Source: the human T2T-CHM13v2.0 reference genome, Homo sapiens. Taken from it: a DNA stretch of 64,000 bases. How positions within the stretch are numbered: position 1 is the first letter of the stretch; each line of letters starts with the position of its first letter. This document shows positions 27,537 through 39,682 of this stretch, one piece after another. The notes below the pieces were generated by a model. It saw only the letters and a program-made list of their open reading frames with translations, had not been told where the DNA came from and did no database searches. A program made the position numbers and the translations under genes. The stretch lies in the NCBI RefSeq assembly GCF_009914755.1, contig NC_060925.1. One strand, written 5' to 3'.

Positions 27537-29070
27537 CATTGGTTTAGTCAGTCAGGGAGATGGATTTGAGACTGATCTCCCATCTCCTCAGCTGCAGCAC
27601 CTGATTAAAGCCTTCTTCCTTGGCAATACCTGTTGTCTCAGTGATTGGCTTTCCTTACGGTGAGCAGCAGTTCGTAGACAGAACCCCTTGTGTTTCAGAA
27701 ACACCTTTACACTTATGTTGTGTGGTTGCTGGGAAGATTAAATGACATGAAGATTTTGGCCTAAGTTGTGCTACCCAGTTTTATCATCCAGCTTTTCTTA
27801 CCTAAGTGACTCTGAATGAATCTTGGGTATTCAAAAATAAAAAAAAGAAAATAAGTTAAATCTATCTGTGATTCCATGTAATCTTTATAACCATCTGCCA
27901 CTCCTCCAGATAGAATCCACCATCGAATAGTGAAGTTGATTTAATATTTTGAAGAGTATTGAAAAGATGTGTTTACTATACACCCAGAAGATAGATCTAA
28001 GAGTGGCTTAGCAAGGGCACTATTGTTGAAATAAGCAGCTCCCCTCCTGAGTTGTCCATTTAGAAGAGGAAAATTCATTTTGATGTTTATGTTCTTACAC
28101 AGTTATATAAAAGTCAGTAACATTACTATGTAGTAATGACTTTTATTTTTAAATATGAGACACATTATTTCAAAGTCATGAACCGAATTAAATTAAACAC
28201 AACATTAAATTACATTCACTCTGTGCTGAGGTGCCAGTGAGGAGTGGGATGTTTCCAACTCTGACTTTGTCTTTAATCTTCTTCTCCCAGCACCTGGAAT
28301 TACTTAAACCTTTTGACTCTGTGTGTAGTGACTTCAATGCAAATGTGCTGAGGATCCATCTGCTGGAAAGGAGCCTTCTAGATTTGTGTGGGTTAAACTC
28401 TAGCTCACTGGGGATTGGAGAACACCAAGTCTCAGTTTTGCTAGCTGGAGTTGGGGTGATTTGGAGTATTAAGGACTCCAAATTAAGGAGTATTAAGGTT
28501 ACTATGGAATCTAACCTCTTTTCATGTTTTCTAAGAGTCCTGATGATTTTCTGTCCTTTTAATTTTCACCAAATGTGACAAGGGGGAGAAGACCATTTGC
28601 CTTCCTAAAATACATCCAAAATGTCTAGTCAAGAAACCTAAATAAAATAGATCTCCCAGAGTGCAAAGAACTAATATCACAGCCAAAGGAAATGAGATTG
28701 TGACCTGGGAAGGCAGGAAAAGTAGGGGGCAGGGAGGTCCAAGGAGGGATCTTAGGATCCCTGGCAAGACTCTTCTGTCTGTGAAACCACCTCACACTGA
28801 GGTGCACTACCCCAGGGCCCAGCAAATTTTAGGAATCCAAGGAATCCTAAAGGAATTGCACAAAGTTACCTAATCTAAAAATGTTTAAAAGCCACATGCC
28901 ATTTTTGGACTTCTGATCCTTCATGTGTGCAGAGGCAAGAGAGGTACAGCAGGGTAGAGTGAGGTCTACATCACAGACAGGCAAACATCTCCACAGCCAG
29001 GCCAGGAAGCAACGTTCCCAGGCTGTCAGATCACTCAGGCTCAAGGTTGCTCTGGGTCAAGTGTCTGAAG

Positions 29071-29284
29071 ATACACTGTCCAATACAGTAGTCACTAATC
29101 ACATGTGGCCATTTAAATTTGAATTTAAATAAGTTAAGATGAAATGAAATTTGAAAATTTAGCTCTTCTGTTGTACTAGGCACATTTCAAGTGTTCAATA
29201 AACACATGAAGCTAGTGGCTACCACATTGGACAGTGTAGATATAGAACAATTCCACATCACAAAAGTTATATTGGATGGAGCTG
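29071..29284. mobile_element. MER3 hAT-Charlie MITE
   Basis: Internal inverted repeat tacactgtccaat / attggacagtgta; cacatttcaagtgttcaat motif; TSD-like gtctgaag/gtctaaaa. Confidence 0.85.
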
Positions 29285-30184
29285 GTCTAAAACATATAAA
29301 TATACATAAATGTCCAGGAATTCTCTGATTCTTTATGGGAGCTATTTCCAGACTGAAACCCCATTCAGGTTTTCAAACAATTATTTAAAGCAATTATACA
29401 GGATTTGTTCTTCCTCTGCACCCAGCCTAGAAATATTTTAGGGAATAAGGAAAAAAATGTCTTATTCCTTTTATACAGCAAATTACATTTTGCGTGGAAA
29501 AAATCAAGGAAACCCACACACCAGGTTTAGTACTCAAGCATGCAACCCTACAAAATGTTGGCTAACAAGCCCTTTCTTTAGAAGTAATGCAATTTGCACA
29601 CATAAATTAGTCTGAAGAGGCAAATTTTAAAAATCCAATTTCAACTACTTTAAAAGGACAATTAATTATTTTAAAAATTGCTGTGCTAATTGTCTATCAT
29701 TGACATAGCTCTCTGTAGGGCCTTGCTGGATTACTTAGGTCACTATGAGTTGACTCTGTACTCAAAAATACTATTTTAGAAGTGCTTCATGTATACGTAT
29801 GTGTGAGTATGTGTGGATATGTACGTGCATCAAAATTCTGACTTTTCACAGAGTGGTTTATCCCTTGATGAAACAAAATTTTCATTCAGAATCAGATTAC
29901 TTTACTCATTCTATTCTCATTACCTTTCTTCAAGAGGAAGACGTCTATACTCAGGGCAGATTCTCCCTTCGAAAGTGTGCAAGGCAAAGCAACCCTCCTC
30001 CAGGGTTTTGCTTCCTGCACTTCTGCTCTGGGCTTCTTGATGACCCCAGGGCTGACTGGAGTCAGGAACTATGTCTGTGGATGTAGCAACTCTCACATTG
30101 TATGATCAGGCTCTCAGTACCAAGGGAAGACACAGAAACCAGCACACTTGGTGTGAGGGCACGGTTTTCTAGCGGCGTGAGGTG

Positions 30185-30574
30185 GTCTTGGAGCTATTAA
30201 CTGAATCATTTCAGCTCTCCGTCTTCTAGGCACACAGACTATACTTCTAGCCCTCTTATGACTTGGTGGGACCATGTGATTACTTCCAAACAATGACTTG
30301 TGAACAAAAGGGCCAAGTGACCACTCTGAGCCAGAGCATTTAATCGATGCGGTGAGACCCTTAAGAGGTTCCTCTTCCTCAGCCGCAGACACTAGCAATG
30401 TTTTAGACAGTGACTTTTCTCTCCACCTGACCCCGGAAGGAGACTAAAGCAAACAAAATGCCTAGCTCAATCGCAGGAGGCACGTAGTATGAGTCAGAAA
30501 TAAACCTTTGTTGTCTGAGGACACTGAATTTTTGAGTTGTCATCACCATGTAATCCAGCCTACCAGATTAATAT
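30185..30574 (+). mobile_element. Old MaLR solo LTR (MLT1I/J-like)
   Basis: ccatgtgattacttcc...agagcatttaat...gtagtatgagtcagaaataaacctttgttg...agattaatata. Confidence 0.7.
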
Positions 30575-30875
30575 ATGAGATAAATAAGATTATGGGTAGG
30601 GCACAGAAGCAACCTGTTTCTAAAGTGGAGTTGTTGCAAAGGATGTTTCTCCTCAGCCAACAACAGTCAGGTGTCCATTGCTGAGAAAATGCCAATTCAG
30701 CCAGTATTGTTGAGAATATTGGGAAGGTGTATCTTCCTGGAGATGGTAATCAAGTGCAAAGACAGAAGTCCAAAATAAACTCTATTTTAATGGGATGAAT
30801 CCTAGTCTACTCATACAAACAAAATACTATAGCAGCTCAGAATAGACCTCAATAATTCATATTAGAAAATACAAG

Positions 30876-30959
30876 GGCCAGGTGCGGTGGCTCATGCCTG
30901 TAATCCCAGTACTTTGGGAGGCCGAGGAGGGTGGATTACTTGAGGTCAGACGTTCAAGA
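30876..30959 (+). mobile_element. 3'-truncated Alu (first ~84 nt only) flanked by TSD-like repeat
   Basis: ggccaggtgcggtggctcatgcctgtaatcccag...gaggtcagacgttcaaga; flanks agaaaatacaag / agaaaattaaag (10/12). Confidence 0.88.
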
Positions 30960-30977
30960 AAATTAAAGGAAGGCAGC

Positions 30978-31415
30978 TGTTACAGACTGAGTTTCCCAAG
31001 AAGTAGACTCTGAAATAGACATCTGCATGCAGGAACTTCAATGGGGAGTGCTCTTAGGATCAATACCTGTAGGAGAGTGAAGGAAGAAGTATTTGGTAGA
31101 ATGGAAATTTGGGCTGAGGTGCAGACACAATAAAGGTCTCTACTCACCCTTGGGTGAGTTATGAAACTGGAATGGCCCAGTTGTCTTTAATTGGGTAAGG
31201 GAGGCCAGGCTTATGTAACCCAGAATCAGCCAGTCATAGGATGTGGGCTACCTCCAGGAAGGGGAGTGTGGCCTTAGGCTTGGAGCTCTCTGTAACCCAT
31301 GTCAATCATTAACAGTATGGCTTATCTCCCACTTTTCTGCCATCAACACTCCCTGTAGCTGGGGGAATAAGTAATTGAGTCCTGAGAGAGGGAACACATC
31401 ACAGCACCCACTCCA
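30978..31415 (-). mobile_element. Old ERVL solo LTR (LTR16-family-like)
   Basis: aagtagactctgaaatagacatctgcatgcaggaacttcaatggggagtgctcttaggatcaatacctgt...cagccagtcataggatgtgggct. Confidence 0.65.
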
Positions 31416-31429
31416 GCTACAAAAGGAAG

Positions 31430-33150
31430 TTAAAAGCATGATGAGTAGAGCATACCAGAAAGAGGATGAATCATGAGCAGAGGCATAGAAGTGGGAAATG
31501 TTCAAAGAAATTTGATGGTCCAGTATGGATAGGGCAAGGGTACATGTTGAGGAATGGCAGAAAAGGAGCCTGGAGACAGATTAGAATCACTTTATGGTGG
31601 GACTAAATGCCGTGTGAAGAGAGTTGAAATGTCTTATTGCCAACATGGGGACCCATAGGAAAGAGTTATGGTCAGTCATGTTTTATAAAGTCTACACAAT
31701 CCAAGAGGGGGAAAATGTTAAATGTCTAAGAACCCATGGTGCAAGTGACAGAGAAGCTGGTTAAATACTGGGTTAAGCATTGAATATACTGAGTATGCAG
31801 TGATGGTGGGCATCATGTTGGAAATACAAGGGGAATATTGCAGAGCCAGGAGGAGTTTAGACAGGACAGGACTAGAAATATAGATTTGACAGTTACCAAC
31901 CTGAGAAAATAATGGAAGCCAGGAAAGGTAGATTAAATATCTGAAATAAAGTGAACAGAAAGGTGATAGCAAGAGAACTTAAAGACAGCACACTCGCAGA
32001 AGAGGAACCAAAGGGGAACTCAATGAACTATAATGTGCTAGAATAGTCAAGGAGGAAGATGAGGGAGCTACTTAATAGAAAGTCACAGCCACCAAGACAA
32101 GAGAAAAGATGAATAACTTCAATTAGGAAATGATGAAGAAAGTTCAAGAAGGACAAAATAGTTCCTTGGATCCTTCCATCAGGAGGTTGTTCCAACACCT
32201 TTCAATAGGATAGGGAATAGGGTTATGAATGAAGTGAGTAGTGAGGAAGGATTTGTATGGGCTTCCCTAAGTTTTTCACATTCATGGCACACACAGGAGA
32301 TTATCATTTTTATATGGCACACCAGGGTAGATAAGCACGTCTGTGGCCAGGTGTGACAAACCTGGTGGCTCTCTAGTCACCTTGAGGGCTGAAGGTGCCA
32401 ATATCTTGGGACTTCTGAAACCTTGACTGGTAAGACATCAGGGTGCCAAGACACACTAGGTGGCGAGCTCTACACCACTACACACCGCTCATTTGAGATG
32501 ATGGCTGTGCAAGAAAGACCAAAGGACAATGGCTAGAGAGGCCAGCAAGCTAAATGAAGTGATACCCATTGCCTCCAAGAGTAAGGATACTGTGTGCCTA
32601 CTTGGCAACAGAATAAGTCAACATAAAGAGCAAACCACTGGAGAGAAGGGAAATATGCGCAAGAGCAAAACCTATCAAGGTTTAAGGGAAGGACAGGACA
32701 CTGGTGGAGTGGTTGTCCTAAAGGGAAGGTCTGAAAACTCTTCCTATAAAACTGGATGAAAACATGAGAGAATGGATGATTTAGGAAAAGAGCTTTAATG
32801 CAGGGATGAAAAACGTAAGAATTATAAGTAGTTTATTGTTTAAGGAGAGAATTGGGGGTTGAAAATTAAGATGCAGATAGTGATTTGTTCACGCACCACC
32901 TTGTCTGCACAGCTGAAATATCAGAGTCTTACAAGCAGCGGGGAGAGGCCCAGAAGAGTAGTAAGAAATGAAGAGGTGATTCAAGGCAAGGCAAAATAGA
33001 CAAGGAGAAAGTAGTTATGAGGCTGCAACCACACTCCAAGTGAGAAATGAGAATTGAAGGCATTGGTGGGAATGGAGGGACAGGAATGAATTCAGAGGAT
33101 ATCTGGCAGTTAGAAAAAAACAGCGAATGGAGAAAATTGAATTGGACAGT
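31430..33150 (-). mobile_element. Highly diverged L2 remnant (interrupted by MER112)
   Basis: Long purine-rich tract with antisense L2 motifs (gagcagaggcatagaagtggga; ggactagaaatatagatttgacagt); boundaries approximate. Confidence 0.55.
32257..32472. mobile_element. MER112 hAT-Charlie MITE
   Basis: gcttccctaagtttttcacattcatggcacacac...gagggctgaaggtgccaatatcttgg...cacactaggtggcgagctct. Confidence 0.7.
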
Positions 33151-34764
33151 GAATATCACAAAATGAATATATTGGCCTACATAGCATAATCCATATATCA
33201 TTAACTATGTTAACCTAACGATAGATTATAAAAAGGGACACATCATCAAGGTTTACATATATTTGAATACTGGTAATTATGAGAGACTCAGGGAGATTAC
33301 AAAGACACAAAGCAAGACCTAATAGTTCATTATACCACCACTGTCTTTTGCATTAAAATAGTTCCTTGATTTTCGTACCCTCACGGGAGCTCCTAGCTTT
33401 TCAACTTTGACCATTACAATTGGTGCATTTCCTATGTGTCTGTGACTTGAAGAAAGGATATGCAATTTACTTTGAGTCTGTTTTTTTAACCAAGGGATGT
33501 TTTTCAACCAGCAGTTACTTTATTAAAAGGAAAAAAAAAAGGTAATGAGTGTAAAATCCCATTGGTTTTTTAAAGCAACTGGAAATAATCGATGTGCATT
33601 TGCAACCTGTTTCTAAATGTTCTTGGAGAACTGTTTTGAAGTGTCCTGCTGTGACCCATGTGATCCCAATAGAAGTGGTTTTGGAGAGATGCCTAATATG
33701 AGCTTATCACAGACCGAACAAGCAAATGAATAGGCAGTTGTTTGCGGCTGCTTTGAAACAGTCAGCTGTGATCCTTAAGGAATAAGTGAGCAGAAGTAGA
33801 AACCAAAAATTTCTAAGCTGCTGTGATCTTTAGATTTAAGTGGAAGCCGATTTGCAAGCACAGCTCTGCATGCTGTGATGGTGTGCTTGGCAAGGCCACT
33901 CATGCTAATTCGGCATTGATCTGCACACTAAAGCAGAGGCCACACATTTCTGTTTCCTTTTCTCCTCGGGATTGTAGAAACTTCTATACAATACCTCGTC
34001 TCCTCTTCCAAGTTCTTAACAGAATTAGTTGATTAAGCACCATGTTACTCCCCTGACGGAGGAGTATTTAAGCTGCCCTTGCAAGATGGCAGATGCGCCA
34101 GCTCAATACAGAGGTGTGGGAAGGGGGCCTGACTAAAAAAAAGCTGCTGTTGCCTAATAGAACCTCCAGCTCTGCTCAAAAAGAAAGATTCCCTATTCCA
34201 GCCAGGCTTCTCTCACCCTCTGGGACCAACCAGGCATTAGTTCAGTGGCCTGGGAGTCCATGGGGGCCTCTTCAATGCTTGAAAATTACCCAGCACCATT
34301 TCTGGTACACAGAAGGTCCTTAAAAACATTTATTTTCTCGTCTTGCCCTTTCATGAAAGAAGAACTAGCATCAATATCCAGGATCTGTCCCCCCAGACCC
34401 CCCAAAAAAAGTGCATCACCTACGGTTTCTTGCCACTCAGAACCCGAGATAGACAAGGTTCCATTCATACTCCACTGGATTAGCAAAAATGAGGCCTTGC
34501 CTATTTCTCACTCAAAGTGCATCTTAGTGGTTAAATTTATCATCTTCATCATCATGCCACGCATCTATGTTCTTATTCTTTTATTTCTATAGCTCTGGTT
34601 TTGTTTTTGTTTTATGATTTCAGGCCCTCTCCCTTGTGATTTGAGGCTGGAGTCTGTGAAATGAGATGTATTTTTTATTTAAAGCTCATTCTGAATGAAT
34701 CTGATACAAAGCTAGGTTCAGGAATTCCCTAGGATATTTGATATTCTTGCATTTTTAAACATCT

Positions 34765-34935
34765 TACATTTTCACAAAGTATTTTACACATGTTGTCTTA
34801 ATTGATCCTCACCAAAATCCTTTGAAAGATTCAAAGCACAAAACACGAATCCCATCTTGCAGGCGAGGGAATGGACGTCAGAGAGTTAACACGCTTTGCC
34901 CAGATTCACAAAACTGGGACTAGACCTAGATCTTC
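34765..34935 (-). mobile_element. MIR SINE
   Basis: ttaattgatcctcac...cccatcttgcaggcgaggga...cagagagttaacacgctttgcccag. Confidence 0.6.
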
Positions 34936-36250
34936 TGTAGCTGTGTCCAGCTTCTCTCTGGTATATCTGGCTGGAATGAACAGAGAGAAGGAGAAGTGTT
35001 CCACCTTTTTGGGTAAATCCAGTCCTGCACCCTCACTGTGCACAGGCATACAAGCCCTGAAGAATCCCTCCCTCTCCTTCCATCCTTTCATTCCCCTTTC
35101 TCCTAGAGCCAAAAAGCTACAGTACAGGAAGCCTTACTTCTGGAGGACTATTCCAATTTCTTCTTTTCCAGGTACCAATTAAATCCTCCCAGTCTCCATT
35201 TCAAAGCATCCCTTGTAATAAAACTTTTTGAGTCTTTTTATTGGGCTTTTCTAAAGCCTCTCTTTACATCATTTTGCTTTAATATTTTCTTAAACAAGAT
35301 GTTCACTAGGGGGTGAATCCTGGGTCACTCACAGGTTAGGAGGAAGAGGAAAAGGTTGTGATTATCCCCAAATCCCAGCCCATCATAAACTGATCAAGTT
35401 ATACTTAGAGTCAGAGGAGCCCCCTCCATTTAATTAAAGGTTGTCTATGGAGTGCCTAAATGCCCATAGGAATACAGCTGAGCACTGTTATTGAAAAAAA
35501 AAATAATTATTTGGAAGCAGTAATAAATTCCTTGCATCTATTTGAACCTCTGTTGATTTACAACCATAAGGTAATTTGCTTCAACTAACTTAATTTCTGT
35601 TCCCTGTTCAATTCCCTTGAGTTTTAAAGTAATGTTTTAATTCCCCTTTGCACTCTGTGCTACCAAATCAAAGCAAAATTTATCTTTCTTTCATTTGCCA
35701 AAGTTGAGCAAATTTGGAAGGAGAAAATTACTAATAAAGGGCAAAGGATTTTAAAGAAAATGTATTGTTTCATTCTCAGTGAATTGGAACAGAGTACAAA
35801 GAAGCTTAATCATTATATTAAATCAAAGGAGTATAAATCACATTATTCACATTTATAAATTGCTGACAACATGTGGCTTTTGAAAAGCTTGGGATGGGTA
35901 GGCCTCTGGTGGAAGTGGGAGGGAGGGACATTCTCTGGAAATGAGTAACCCTTGAAGCCAGGATTAGGAGTGCTTTCCTATCTTTATTCCTTTTCCTCAC
36001 AAGGCAGCCATTTTACAACTGGATCTCAGACTGACTCTCATGCCATTGGCATTTCAACTTCTCCAACTCAAGGACTAAGAGATGATTTGAGTCCCGAGTG
36101 TCTGTCTGGTCTAGATGACTCTAGTCATAGAATCGCAACACCATCATCCTGATGGCCAAGCTGGGTGGACCTTCACAGCCACTATGCATTGTTTGGGGAT
36201 TTTTTCAATGCCAGTTAATATGAAATATCTTAAACATCCTTGAGCAAAAC

Positions 36251-36692
36251 TGTTACCCACACCATGGATGGGTTCGATTGCTTAGGAGGTGACAGTCCAA
36301 TGACCACAACCAAGGAGGATTTAACCAGGGGATTTTATTACTTGCAACAATTAATAAGAAGTAAGGAAGACACTGGGGATAGTTCTCCAGAGTGCTGCCT
36401 CTCTGAACACCGGTGAACACGAGGCTTCTATATGCAGACGTGGGGTGAGGGCAGAACGGGCAATCTCTGATCGTGCTTCTCTATATGTTGTAGGTATAAA
36501 AAATGGTGAATAAGCTTCCCCCAGAGGAGGTTTTTAGCAATGGTAATGAGGAGAGTTTGCCAAAGTTTATCTCTAGCTCTGGCATCTCTTCTTCCTGGAA
36601 CTTTTTGAAACAACAACTGAAGGTGCAAAAGTTACAAGTGGGTAATTTTTCACAGGGTAAATATTAAAAAAACCCAGCGACCCTGGGTTACA
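36251..36692 (-). mobile_element. ERVL-class solo LTR (MER54-like, tentative)
   Basis: TG...CA termini (tgttaccc / gggttaca); reverse AATAAA (ttttatt, about 36334); shares motifs with the LTR at 59737-60228. Confidence 0.7.
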
Positions 36693-36704
36693 AAATGACC
36701 TGTG

Positions 36705-36885
36705 TCCTTGCCCTAGCTCCCTGGTCTGCTGAATAACATTAGGTCAGGATTTTTAACCTCTTTGAACTAGTTTTCTCACCTGTAAAATGGAAATAATTAT
36801 TGTACCTACCTCACTGGGTTGTTTTCATAGTTAAAAGAGAAAAAGGTATGTAAAGTTCTTAAACACACTGCTCAATAAAGATGGT
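36705..36885 (+). mobile_element. MIR SINE
   Basis: ttaacctctttgaactagttttctcacctgtaaaatggaaataattattgtacctacctcactgggttgtt. Confidence 0.8.
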
Positions 36886-36892
36886 ATATATA

Positions 36893-37519
36893 CAGTTGAT
36901 TCTTGTTATTCACAGTAGGTGTTTATGTTCTAGAAAGTTGCCACAAAAACTGAATTAGTGAATACTGAACCATCACTCCTACGGGAAATACAGGGTAGGT
37001 TCCTGTGAGCCTCTGTTAACAATATTTTCATCAATTGGTCAATACATAACCTTATCTTATGTGTTTTTCCACTTACAAACATTGCTCGTTCGCTAACACT
37101 GAACTCACAGCCCAAGAGTGCTACAAAAGTAGCTTATCTGACACAGATATTTTTCCCATAAGGCACATCACAGACTTCTATTGCTCAGGAATGCTAGACT
37201 ACACTTCAGCGGTACACTTGGAGGCTATTTTAACAGTGAAATCACCAATAAAAAAGCACCAAAATATGAAAATCGTGGCACTAAATAGACCCTGGAAAGG
37301 ATACTTGCTTATAGTGTGAGAGCTGAAACAAGAAAACACGGTCTCCTTGTTGGGACCTCAGCTGAAATGTGCACATCAGGAATTCCAATTTTTCAGAGCT
37401 CTGCACATATCTGCGAATAACCAAGAAAGCACAGTGAGTCTTGATTTGGGGCTACAAACACATTTTAGTGAGTAGGCAAATTTGCAAATACAGAATCCAC
37501 AAACAATGAGGATGGACTG
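36893..37519. mobile_element. MER82 (Tigger-derived) DNA transposon
   Basis: ta|cagttgattcttgttattcacag ... ccacaaacaatgaggatggactg TIRs; internal gaattagtgaatactgaaccat. Confidence 0.8.
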
Positions 37520-38186
37520 TCTTATCATGATTAATCACCCAAGGAAGTAGGCAAAAGAGTTATTACTACTGCCAGTTTGCAGGTAAGAAACAGACCCAGT
37601 AAGGTATTAGGGTATAGAGTGAGCTAGGTCTGGATGGATCTCCTGTGCTGCATACTCCTGAGGGCAGCTCTCTCATCCTAGTGTACATGAAGGTACCCCT
37701 AGACTTGGTGCAGCAGCCCTGGATCTGAAACCACATTGACTATTTATTTCTCAATATGACTTCTGTAAACTGGAGAGCCTCCATATATTGAAAACATTCA
37801 ACCAGTTATTTGTGATCTTTACTCCCAGATCCACTAAACTGATTATACTTACAGGCATTTAAAAACTGTGTCATAAAACAGAATTGGTCTCTGCCCTTAA
37901 GGAATGAATAATCAATCACAGTTTCTATAAAGCAAATAATTCCACTGACATAAAAACAATGTGTAGTCAGAAAGAAAAACACCTTTTTTTGTATCCTGGG
38001 AAGGAAACTCTCATAGAACCAGTTGCTTACATATAGCAGGTCTTTGCTAAAAGAAAAGGTAATTAGTATTATGAAATGTGTCCACCACAGCAAAGCTCTA
38101 AACTAGACACTGTATATACATCATTTCCCATCATTTCCTCTGTTCATCACAATAATCTTATAGCGAAGTATTTCTTATTCTTATTC

Positions 38187-38484
38187 TTTTTTTTTTTTTT
38201 TTTTTTGAGACGGAGTCTTGCTCTGTCGCCAGGCTAGAGTGCTGTGGCGCGATCTCGGCTCACTGCAACCCCGCCTCCCAGGTTCAAGGGATTCTCCTGC
38301 CTCGGCCTCTCGAGTAGCTGCGATTATAGCCATGCACCACCATGCCTGGCTAATTTTTGTATTTTTAGTAGAGATGGGGTTTCACTATGTTGGCCAGGAT
38401 GGTCTCGATCTCCTGACCTTGTGATCTGCCCGCCTCGGCCTCCCAAAGTGCTAGGATTACAGGCGTGAGCCACCGCACCCAGCC
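38187..38484 (-). mobile_element. AluSc-type with 15-bp TSD, inserted in a MIR (about 38090-38620)
   Basis: T-tail then gagacggagtcttgctctgtcgccagg; TSD tcttattcttattct at 38173-38187 and 38486-38500. Confidence 0.96.
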
Positions 38485-39021
38485 ATCTTATTCTTATTCT
38501 ATACATAAGCAAACTGATGCACAACAAGGTTAAATAATTTGCTCAAGGTCACATAGCTATTAAGTAGCATAGTTGGAATTTCAACCCAAATATACTCAAC
38601 ACCAAAATCATTATTCTTTCTGAGATGTAGCAATGCTTAAATCCCCTTGGATTATATCTGATCAAGCAGCAAACCTCTAGAGAAGAAGCTTCTCATATCA
38701 GCATCAGTCTCAAGCAATTTTGAGCAACTTCAAAATCCCCTCTACCTTGTTTCTCACTGACAACATTGGGTCACAATTATTATTTCTCTGCCCAGCAGCA
38801 CTAAATTTTTTTTTAAATTATCGGAAAAGCATGAAGACATCTGGAAAAGGAATGGGTTATATAAATGCATAGAAACAATTGTTTTCAAAACAGCCACTAG
38901 ATTCTGGATAGAAGTAGGTTACCATTGAATTGCCTAGAGAGAGAGAGATCCCATATGACCTACATAGTCCCCCTACTAGACTAGAAGCACCTAGCAGACA
39001 GGATTGCTGTCTGAATAATTT

Positions 39022-39682
39022 TGCAGTTGGGAAAGATGATATTATTTTTCCCAATTATTCACCTTTACCCTTCATTATAAGAGGAATTTATATCCCTTCA
39101 TTATAAGAGGAATTTATATCCCGGCCATTGCCATAGAATTCGCAATGCTTCCCACAAGGAGGAGACATATTTTTCCATTCCAGTGATGGTGGGTGGGCTA
39201 AGTGATAAGTTTTAGCCAATGGACTATAAGCTAACATGATATATATCACATCCAAGCCGAAGCTTTAAAAGGTATTTTCAATATTTAAGTCCTCTTTACT
39301 CTTATTAATTGTTGCAAGTAACAAAATCCCCTGGTTAAATCCGCTTGGTTGTGGTCATTGGACTGTCACCTGCCAAGTGATCAAACCCATCCATTGTGTG
39401 GTTAATAGTTTGGATCAAGGACGTTCAATTTATCTCATATTAACCATCACTGAACCAGCACTGGATTTTTTTTTCTGTCTCTCTTGCTCATTTTTTCTGC
39501 CAAAAGTATGGCAAATAAGGCCAGCTCCTTTAACCTGAGTCCTGGAATGAGGACGCATATGGAGCACAGATACAGCAGCCAACCTCCTGCTGCTGCCACA
39601 TAACATGAATGAAAAATAAATGCTTGTTGTTGGAAGCCACTGAGATTTGGGGGTTGTTATTATAATTAAGCTGACTAATTAA
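39022..39682 (+). mobile_element. MLT1J-like MaLR LTR nested in an L2 3' end and carrying an inverted-copy insertion
   Basis: ttttagccaatgga...gaagctttaa...cctgagtcctggaatga...aaaataaatgcttgttgttggaagccactgagatttgggggttg; L2 tail on both sides. Confidence 0.7.
39296..39454 (-). repeat. Inverted copy of 36204-36364
   Basis: Includes a perfect 28-bp match (36287-36314 vs 39344-39371) and continues across the LTR/flank junction. Confidence 0.9.

Larger units (their letters stand above)
25247..27703 (+). mobile_element. ERV solo LTR (LTR47-like, tentative) split by a THE1A insertion; own sequence 25247-25267 and 27134-27703
   Basis: taaaactgacccagttgtcc|catagagttgatgtttatgg...; TATA at 27434-27440; ATTAAA at about 27604; ends gtttcagaaaca; perfect 4-bp TSD cctt. 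Confidence 0.7.

Noticed and set aside
29071-29240. Long fold-back resembling a pre-miRNA
   Set aside because: Explained by the palindromic structure of MER3.
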